DNA of 64,000 bases from Convolutriloba macropyga. Taxonomy: Eukaryota. The first letter of the stretch is position 1. Every line of letters starts with the position of its first letter. Below are positions 53,201 through 59,430 of the stretch, piece after piece. A program made the position numbers and the translations under genes. The notes beneath the pieces were generated by a model, which was given only the letters and a program-made list of their open reading frames with translations, was not told the DNA's origin and did not search any database. The stretch is taken from positions 49,600,001 through 49,664,000 of the forward strand of contig NC_134473.1 in the NCBI RefSeq assembly GCF_964194025.1. Direction: 5' to 3'.

Positions 53201-56200
53201 GTGAATAAAAATAGTCGAATCTTCACGAAAATTTAAACCTCGATGACTCCCTGAAAAAAAACAAAACTCGAAAAAATCTTTTTTTTATTCCGTTTTCTAG
53301 GATGTACGTGCTTTTTAATGATACCACTCGCAAATCTACGATGAATATACCGATCGGCCAAAATTGTCTGAACAAAATCCCAATTGAGTATATAGTTCAT
53401 CCCTCCCAACTAAAGTGGGGGTCGGAACAAAAAATATCATCCAGTGTTTGATGATAATTTGAAATTCGGAGGTTTTACGTCATAATTCGGCTATATTTGT
53501 TTTCGCTTTTTTTATCGCGTGGACTTCTTTATACATCAATTGTGGACGAAAACTTTGTAATTTTGCGTGAGCCGATTTTTCGTAACTGAAATCTACAGGC
53601 AAAATAGTTCTCAGCTTTGCTATGAATCATTTTGTACCAATAATTTCTCATTTTTAAAGAAAGAACATTTTGACTTCGAAAGTTATCTCTGCCTTTGGCA
53701 TAGAGGTTTGGGAGGGGAGGGGTAGCTGTGGAGTGGGGAGGCAGGGGAAGCAGTATTGGGGTGGTGGTAGTTTGTGTTTTGAAAGCCGCGCCCGCCACCA
53801 CTGTGCGAAGGAGAGTAGTGCTGGAAAAACAGACAAGAAGAGATGTGAAAATGTAAAATAACCGTGAATCGTTTTTGCTCCCGTTGTTAAAGAAAATAAT
53901 ATTTAACAGCTAATCAGTACAATCTTGATATAGCTTTTACTTATCATTGACTTATCATCCCAATTGACTGATTCGATTTACAAGAAAATAATATTGTTGG
54001 ATTACAAAGTTAAAGTTTCTTCATGAAATGATATCCAAAAACGGATTTGAGAAACTGAATTTGAACGTTTATGAGTAAATTCTACTTGACTTGGCAAATT
54101 GGCGATACAAATTGTTTTGAACTTTAGATTCAAGTCAAGTCGAAGCTTTTCTTACTAGGTCTGTTGTAGGCAATTATTGAGATACATGAAATCGAACCCG
54201 GCATAAAAAAAATGGGTACCTTTACCCAATAGTAATTGAACTAACCCTCATCCAATTAAATGAACATCAAGTTGTAATATTATACCTAATGGTATAACAG
54301 TATAACAGTAGCATTTTGTATCACAAAAATAAATGAGTAATCACGGACAATCAAAAGAAAGGAACAGAATGAACTAGGACATGAATAGACAATAAAATAT
54401 AACTAAAATCTCACTCGGGAAAAGAAATAGTAATCAGTCATAACAATTGCAGGTGCAAAAAGTACAGCAGGTGTTTCAGGCAGCCGAAGTTGTTGTTAAC
54501 CGATAAAAAATACTGAACAGTTCATTTTTTCTCATTTTTGATCTTGATTGAAACGTATGCCTCTCTGTCGCTAACTAAACCGCAATGACAACACAAGTTT
54601 TTCAGCATCTAAAACTAGTCTATACTTCGGCCAACCAATCACCACTCACTCACAATCTCAATTTTCAAAGGAGGAAAGATTAATAACTCAACTCAGGAGA
54701 CCATTCTAACTAAAAAGTTTGCTATTCACAACTTTGTTCATACCTGATTATTCTCATCAACTTCATCTTCATCTTCAGTTCCATGAACAACTATTGCGTC
54801 ATCGCCTTCATCATCCTAAGTTCCAAGTTTGGTTCAAATGCAATTCAATGTAAGTTTTCTGTAAATTAACCGAGGGCTTCTCGAAAAGTCTTTTGACGCG
54901 AATATTTGGGTCTTTCCCCATTATAGCCCCCCCCCCCCCGCTTAGTTGTCATTATAACGTTATAACGTAGACCCCGCCCTAAGTGTACCATAATGGGGGA
55001 GGGGGATAATTTGTCATAATTTTGTGTGTCTGGAGCTATAATGGGAAAGACCGGAGAATTTTATTGACAGAAGAGAAGGTAAACTAGTAAACCAATAAGA
55101 CAGCACTAAAATGACAACCATTACATGATTTAGCCCCATCACCTGGCTGAACAAACTAGTGAGTCATCCGAAAAGAGCTGATGAAAAATTTGGCAGTCGA
55201 TTTGGACCAAAACCGACAAAGTTAATACTTTGTTATCAGTACGACAATATAATAAGTTAGCAAATTTTTTATTTAAATTCAAAAAATATCAATCAAGCTA
55301 ACCATACAAGCTAAATTATATAACTGGCGACTAATTCAAATGAAACAAGAATTTTTATTGAACTTAATGAGAAGTTATATTACATTTTGACCTCGTAATA
55401 TTAACTAACCCCATAACTGTTTGCGTTGTTTGGTGCAAATCCCCTGGGAGGGGGTGTGCTCTGCAATGCATTCTGATTGGCTGCCGCCTCTCTCACTTTG
55501 ACCAATGGCTCCTCTTCGACTCCTCCCCCGTTGGAGGGACTTTTCGGGCTATTGATGGTGTTGGTGTTGTTATATCCGTACGAGTTCTGATTAAGCGCTG
55601 TCGGTCTGTTACTGTTCTGATTCTGTTAAAATTGCGTAACCACAAAAACTGTTCTCAAAAAGCATGTATAACTGCTCCTCTGAAGAGGATTTCGAATTTT
55701 GCAACTGAATTTCGTGAAATGTTAGAATAGTCTGGAGGTTGATAGAGAAAGGTGTGAAATTTTTCAACTAAATGCGGTCTTAGATTCGACTCTAAAATCT
55801 GTTGTTTCAATGATTATCGGACCCGGAGTTGAGGTGATATTAAGGGTCATTTTCTCATTATTAACTCTTCATCAAGAAACTCCCTCCAGTCCACCGATTA
55901 CATTATAAGGGTTCTGTTCGACTTTTGAACAAATCTTTGCCAGTATTATATGAACAAACTAATGTGTTTGGTGCTGCACAAAAGTGTGAAAAACATTATA
56001 TGAATTAGAAATTAGACCGATTCTTAAAATTATGTCCCATTATAAATAAATAAACGCCATTATCCTGATGAAATGTAAGATAAAAATATTAGATTCATAT
56101 ATTCTACCACTAGCAGCTTGGGGAGATGGGGTTCAACTGACCTGCTGTTTGTAAGGCGAGTATGCACTTGATGTATTTGGGTTAGATCTCCCTTGTGTTG

Positions 56201-57355
56201 CCGAAGACGATGGGGGTGGGGTTTTGACCTGCTGGAACTTTGCCACCTGGTTCATGACAGCAACCGTGTTGGGTTCCTCCGAGCTCATCTCTTGCGACGT
56301 CAATACTGGATCGACTCCGTTTTTAGAACTAAGCGCCAGAGCTGTAACAAACTATACGTTAGCTTGGACCAGATTTTAATAAAGTGGTGCTAAAAACCAA
56401 TTTCACTTTATGAACAAGTTTGAGTAAATAATTCATATTTGCATTGTTTTGAAGTGAAATGTTTTTCGATATTATAAGCTAGCAATTTTTTCCGCAAGCG
56501 AAGAATTTGCATCCACAAGTTTTTTTATGCAAAATATATGAAAACAATAATGATGTCACGTTCTTATGCTTTTGTACATCAGGCAGTATTTTAAGTTGCT
56601 GCAACAGAATATCCGCTTTAGATAAAAACAGTGACTATTGGAGTTAATATAAAAAAATATTTCCAATCTTCAAGATTTGAAAACATTGCATTGACTTAAC
56701 CATTCACAGCGTAGCTTTGTGTTTTATCGGGAAATAATGACTGGAAGGTTTTCGACCTCAATTTCCAATTTCAGTTTAATCTGGAAGTCATAGTTTTGCA
56801 ACCTTGCCGTTACAGGTTTCGATTTAGAGATTTTTTATGTTGTTAATCGTTTCAAATGAAAAATCAGCAAATAAAAATGAAAACCAAAAAAAAATTGGCC
56901 GTTGCTCCACTATTTCTACTCTCAAAAATTGGTGGACTAGTGTGGACAAATTTTTGCTGAGACGATAACATCCTTGGCCCATAAACAATTAGCTTATAAT
57001 ATCCATGAACACGTTCCTCCATAAAAAACAGGTTGACACAAAAAGTAGCGAAAACAGATTTGAGTATTCTGTAAAAATTTGTCTGCAAAAAAAACGTTTT
57101 GAACAAAAACCAAATTTCCAGAAGCGAAAATGTCACTCGGAAATAACCAGGATAACTGACACAAGGACCGAATCTATTATCAACCCGAAGAACTTTTTGT
57201 TAAAGAAAACCCCTCGAGTAAATTTGCACGTTTAAGTTCGCACATACCAAATAAACAGGACCAATTCGTTTAATTTCACAAAATCTGCCTAATCCATGTA
57301 AGCAGACCTTATATTGTGGGATATGGTGGCAAAATAGTGTGGGATAAACGGAACC

Positions 57356-57410
<55 letters not shown>

Positions 57411-57458
57411 TATATGTATGTATGTATGTTTATGTTTGTTAATGTTTGTATTTGTGTT

Positions 57459-57509
<51 letters not shown>

Positions 57510-58289
57510 ACAAACACAAATATTAACAAACATAAACACGCAACGGCATTATGACAAAATTTTTATATAGATGACACAGCTATAAGAAAAGCACCGTGAC
57601 AGAAGGACTCTGAAAAAAACGAGTGATTCCAAAACTGCAGAAAATTTCGCGCATAATTTCTAGAAGCAGCGGAAACAAAATTGAAACGGAATTTAATTTT
57701 GGGAAGGAAAGCATTGAAAAAGAAGTTATTTCGGTTAGGTAATTAACGACAAAAAAATCATAAACAGCATTCTGAATAATTTTAAAAAAATAACACAATT
57801 TTGCGGCATATTGTATAGGCTACGGAAAATTCAAACCATCAGTCAAATGATTAAGGTACACAAAAATCAAGTTGGATATTTTTGAATTAACTTGGTTCTT
57901 CCTTTATAGTAAACGCCAATGTTGTAGTAAATTTAAAGTAAAAGTTACATTTTTTTTCTCAATTGAATGTTTTTTGAGAGTTGGAAGTTTTGAATGATTA
58001 TATTCTTGACTGTGAAAAACTGAAAATTTGTCAAGTTTAGTTGTTGTTTTTGCAAATCAAAAACCCTTTAGAAAACACTCATATTCATTTTGATCCATCA
58101 GTTTGTTGTTTTTCCCTTACCGGTCGCCCTAATTTGCTAGTAGACAATTAAAGTTGATTTGGATGAATAATGAGACCCAGATACATACGATACTCATTTT
58201 TTTTATTACCCAGCAACAATTGAGACAACTCAAACGGATTTCATTTTTGTACCGCATAGTTTTCTCTTACTTTTGATTGCTTTGAGGTT

Positions 58290-58327
<38 letters not shown>

Positions 58328-59183
58328 AAAAATACGTTGATTTTTATTTAAAAAAGCTATTTAGTTATTTGTTTGCCCAAAAATTAATTGCATTTTTGGA
58401 AAAACGTTAGCTGCAGTATCGGACAACAGATTTTTTAGTGCATTAAAACCTTTGTCCGAAAGAACTTGATTGATTGTTTGATTGATTCAACAAGGCATAT
58501 GAAAATCCGGAGGTTAAAGTCTGCCTACATTAACGTTGTTCCTGGTCAAAGTCTGCCTATTGTCATTTGTACATCTTTTTTCCTTCTAATTTACAAGTCC
58601 CAGAGAAAAGTTTTGATATTAAATGTTTTTCTAATAATTAAAAACTAGTCAAATATCACCCGATTTTGAAAATTTTTGCTTACTGAAAAAAATTATAAAC
58701 GAGAAGAAATTTTAAAACGCTGTAAAAACGAGCAAAATTTCTACAAACGAGCTAAAGTCTGATGATGGCTGGTTATGGTCTGAATGGGCCTGATCATTAA
58801 CGCACACCTCGACCTTGCTAGGCTTCATTTTACAAGATTGTTTTATTCAAGATAACCGTTCAATTTTTATGAATGCAGCAAGGTAGCAGAGCAATGAGAT
58901 AAATGATAAATAGAAATTAGGGATCGAGTCATGGCGAGGAGGGAGGTTAGATGTTGCCAACCTTTCTGACAATTGTTAGCTCTGTCTCTTGGGTCCATAC
59001 TGGCATAGTCTGGACATGATCCAGGGTAGACTGCGTTGTTGAGTGCACAGAGAGCGACTCCACTCCTCCAGTCTGAGTTGAAGTTCTTCACCCTCTGGTC
59101 TGGAATCTTGCTGTGGACCCACTTGAGTAGCGCATCTTGGACTGGACCGTCTTCGGCCAGAAAGTAGGAGATGTAAGTCATGC
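2931..59183 (-). CDS. Filamin-like actin cross-linker, jitterbug/FLN-2 type (CH domains + filamin Ig repeats); partial gene, 13 exons in window, 5' and 3' ends outside
   Basis: Exons 59183-58962, 56341-56142, 55622-55410, 54815-54744, 43796-43557, 28269-27846, 26281-26109, 22762-22621, 17345-17190, 10228-10084, 9669-9536, 7703-7593 and 3116-2931 all have AG/GT boundaries and matching phases, giving one open frame of ~806 aa. CH motifs ([27 protein letters not shown]) and filamin-repeat motifs (AGPG, Y-x-P-x-E-x-G-x-Y, GSPF) are present. Confidence 0.92.
3695..4691. mobile_element. CCCAG-terminated MITE (CACTA/EnSpm-like), 2-bp TSD AT
   Basis: TIR CCCAGGTCTAGACCTCGACTCATGAAAA / TTTTCATAAGTCGAGGTCTAGGCCTGGG; many AAAAGACT(TT)AGCT(C/G)GAC subterminal repeats. 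Confidence 0.8.
7593..7703 (-). CDS. Filamin exon: middle of Ig repeat 5
   Basis: attcag|GC GAA GTG ... AAA G|gtaatt; [37 protein letters not shown]. Confidence 0.92.
8050..9295 (+). mobile_element. Truncated copy of Helentron-like family 2
   Basis: Reverse-complement similarity to 19964-21300 (e.g. TGATCAAAAAGCTTCTCTCGC…GCAATTTTA…ACTCCTCTTAGGAGTCGTAAAAAACCAG…GCAATATA). Confidence 0.6.
9536..9669 (-). CDS. Filamin exon: first half of Ig repeat 5
   Basis: tttcag|A GTG AAG ... CCA G|gttagt; [44 protein letters not shown]; phase 2-1. Confidence 0.9.
10084..10228 (-). CDS. Filamin exon: second half of Ig repeat 4 (absent from the ORF track)
   Basis: ttctag|GC CCC AAC ... TAC AG|gtacgg; [47 protein letters not shown]; phase 1-2. 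Confidence 0.92.
11079..14030 (-). mobile_element. Helentron-like family 1, copy B
   Basis: 3' end TTGTTCCGACCCCAC-TT-GTGGGGGGAGGAACTATA at 11079; opposite-end subTIR GATGAGCGCGGGTCGGAAC at ~14000. Confidence 0.65.
11159..11200. repeat. (TA)n microsatellite
   Basis: Pure TA run inside Helentron-like copy B. Confidence 0.95.
17190..17345 (-). CDS. Filamin exon: end of Ig repeat 3, first half of repeat 4
   Basis: ttttag|GT CGA CCA ... GAA G|gtaaca; RPFEFNV...[10 protein letters not shown]...FTLDASKA...VEVKVE. Confidence 0.92.
17430..18261. mobile_element. CCCAG-terminated MITE, 2-bp TSD AA
   Basis: CCCAGGTTGAG … CTCAACTTGGG; internal tandem array of CAGACTTTCGTGCGTTCA-like ~19-20-nt units (17500-17850). 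Confidence 0.72.
19964..22149 (-). mobile_element. Non-autonomous Helentron-like element, family 2
   Basis: subTIR pair ATAGCTGCGAA (19966) / TTCGCAGCTAT (22115); terminal hairpins CAGCTTCGCAGCT and CCGGCAATCTGCCGG; inserted in T-rich context without TSD. Confidence 0.6.
22621..22762 (-). CDS. Filamin exon: Ig repeat 3
   Basis: tttcag|GTG AAT ... AAT G|gtcagt; VNIVHN...[26 protein letters not shown]. Confidence 0.9.
22868..23362. mobile_element. CCCAG-terminated MITE, 2-bp TSD TA
   Basis: CCCAGGTTGAGGTCCAAACCC … GGGTCTGCACGTCAGCCTGGG; 30-bp tandem units with TCTGATCAGACTTTCCAGAC and further TGATCAGAC repeats. Confidence 0.78.
23558..24240 (+). mobile_element. Truncated LTR retrotransposon 5' end (LTR + tRNA-Trp PBS + leader)
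   Basis: LTR-like end …GAACTTGTTCCCGTATATATAGAACA (23838) resembles the BEL LTR end; TGGTGACCCCGA at 23845-23856; 24100-24240 resembles the BEL leader 30700-30820; left boundary uncertain. Confidence 0.5.
24380..24960. repeat. Degenerate tandem repeat, ~175-180-bp unit, ~3.3 copies
   Basis: GAAAACAGAA anchors at 24407, 24581 and 24761, each followed by TTTGAACTA and GATAA blocks. Confidence 0.7.
26109..26281 (-). CDS. Filamin exon: end of Ig repeat 2, start of repeat 3
   Basis: actag|GT CAT TAC ... CCA GAG|gtcagt; [17 protein letters not shown]...[12 protein letters not shown]. Confidence 0.92.
26428..26652. mobile_element. Degenerate MITE of the same CCCAGG family
   Basis: CCAGGTCGAGGTTTCAGACCCAAGCGACCTCTGATCAG left end; inverted GGTCGCTTG at ~26622; right terminus eroded. 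Confidence 0.45.
26731..27517 (-). mobile_element. Solo LTR (787 bp), TSD ACTCA
   Basis: TG…CA termini (minus strand TGTAACGG…CTCCAACA); identical 5-bp ACTCA at 26726-26730 and 27518-27522; internal 3x ~45-bp repeat at 26970-27095; ATTAAA on the minus strand near 26815. Confidence 0.75.
27846..28269 (-). CDS. Filamin exon: Ig repeat 1 and most of repeat 2
   Basis: ttttag|TTG AAG TTC ... TTA G|gtgagt; VEAPSG...YNPSETGSH...GSPFEFFV...VGPDNK...YTFTPKILG. Confidence 0.92.
30139..30334 (+). repeat. 5' LTR of the BEL/Pao element
   Basis: TGTTGATGATGCATC…ATAGAGTACA; about 4 substitutions and 1 indel versus the 3' LTR. Confidence 0.93.
30544..30597. repeat. 3x 17-bp tandem repeat in the BEL leader
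   Basis: TTCTATGACAATGGGTA x3 (third copy imperfect). Confidence 0.8.
32283..39355 (+). pseudogene. BEL/Pao gag-pol polyprotein pseudogene
   Basis: DUF1759-like [18 protein letters not shown]; protease ALIDHGSQ; [11 protein letters not shown]…FYMEDY; Pao RNase H LHVFIDAS…NPADHGTRG; integrase GIDFFGP…SDN…GGAWERL; C-terminal [10 protein letters not shown]. Many stops and frameshifts. Confidence 0.9.
39481..39677 (+). repeat. 3' LTR of the BEL/Pao element
   Basis: Direct repeat of 30139-30334, followed by TSD TTTTA. Confidence 0.93.
43557..43796 (-). CDS. Filamin linker exon (S/P/N-rich, symmetric phase 0)
   Basis: gtaaaag|GGT TTC ... GAT GTG|gtaagt; 240 nt; [17 protein letters not shown]...KSPVSKSPV...[11 protein letters not shown]; the AAG acceptor is weaker than the others. 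Confidence 0.78.
44385..44698. mobile_element. Palindromic MITE(s) built from TTATCGTGTAAGATCTG units
   Basis: CTGCCCCAC…TTTATCGTGTAAGATCTG (44483) inverted against CAGATCTTACACGATAAAAG…GTAGGGCAG (44698), plus a partial adjacent copy at 44385-44480. Confidence 0.6.
45270..45990 (-). pseudogene. Possible Ty3/Gypsy gag relic
   Basis: Frameshifted peptides [33 protein letters not shown]…[13 protein letters not shown] (MHR-like) and [13 protein letters not shown] (knuckle-like), in gag order. Confidence 0.35.
46700..46900 (+). repeat. Internal fragment of Helentron-like family 1
   Basis: Matches window 1-250 (…CCGTGTCGAAGCCAGTAA…TAATTAACGAGAC…). Confidence 0.6.
47308..49812 (+). mobile_element. 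Helentron-like family 1, copy C
   Basis: 5' AACAAGGAGGCTCGGTA + palindrome ATGTGCGATCGCACAT + degenerate subTIR; 3' TATAGTTCCTCCCCC-TTAAGA-GGGGTCTGAACAA. Confidence 0.72.
50649..53430 (+). mobile_element. Helentron-like family 1, copy D (divergent interior)
   Basis: 5' AATAAGGAGGCTC...GTTCTGACCCC; 3' TATAGTTCATCCCTCCCAAC-TAAAGT-GGGGGTCGGAACAA. Confidence 0.65.
53683..53820 (-). CDS. Candidate alternative terminal (or poison) exon of the filamin gene
   Basis: Strong acceptor tctcttcttgtctgtttttccag|; phase-0 frame [45 protein letters not shown] then TAA; exon-like GC richness; no phase-0 GT donor inside. Confidence 0.5.
   Translation of the reverse strand, partial: HYSPSHSGGGRGFQNTNYHHPNTASPASPLHSYPSPPKPLCQRQR
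54744..54815 (-). CDS. Filamin linker mini-exon (acidic, symmetric phase 0)
   Basis: acttag|GAT GAT ... AAT CAG|gtatga; 72 nt; [24 protein letters not shown]. Confidence 0.75.
54909..55052. mobile_element. Small MITE (~144 bp)
   Basis: TIR GGTCTTTCCCCATTATAGC / GCTATAATGGGAAAGACC. Confidence 0.6.
55410..55622 (-). CDS. Filamin linker exon (N/S/P-rich, symmetric phase 0)
   Basis: ttaacag|AAT CAG ... TAT GGG|gttagt; 213 nt open; [17 protein letters not shown]...[10 protein letters not shown]...[16 protein letters not shown]. Confidence 0.8.
56142..56341 (-). CDS. Filamin exon: C-terminal helices of the CH domain and start of the linker
   Basis: ttacag|CT CTG GCG ... CAG CAG|gtcagt; [47 protein letters not shown]...SPYKQQ; phase 1-0. 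Confidence 0.88.
57359..57538. repeat. (TA)n microsatellites with flanking inverted repeat
   Basis: Two TA tracts; the second is flanked by ~35-bp inverted arms. Confidence 0.9.
58292..58322. repeat. (TA)n microsatellite
   Basis: Pure TA run. Confidence 0.95.
58962..59183 (-). CDS. Filamin exon: end of a CH domain plus most of the next CH domain
   Basis: ttttag|GC ATG ACT TAC ... CAG AAA G|gttggc; [73 protein letters not shown]; phase 1-1. Confidence 0.93.
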
Positions 59184-59430
59184 CTAAAAGTGATATCGGA
59201 AATACAAAATATAAATAGTAACAAGCGAGATCCTTGCTGAAGAAATTGTCCTTGGAAAGATTTTAGCAACCCGTTGTTGTACCGCAATGAAAAGCAAGAG
59301 CAATTAATGAGGTCTAAGAGGACTCAAATCAGCTTTCATCAGAACCTCTTAATCGTTAGATCATAGACCTAGCAACTTCAAACACCTCTTGGCATTCTTT
59401 AGCAGGGAGGGTTGTTACAAGTCCACTTAA

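Noticed and set aside
53529-53836. Listed proline-rich ORFs (53529-53801, 53654-53836) as the coding frame
   Set aside because: Not in the phase set by the acceptor at 53821; the phase-0 frame fits the gene better
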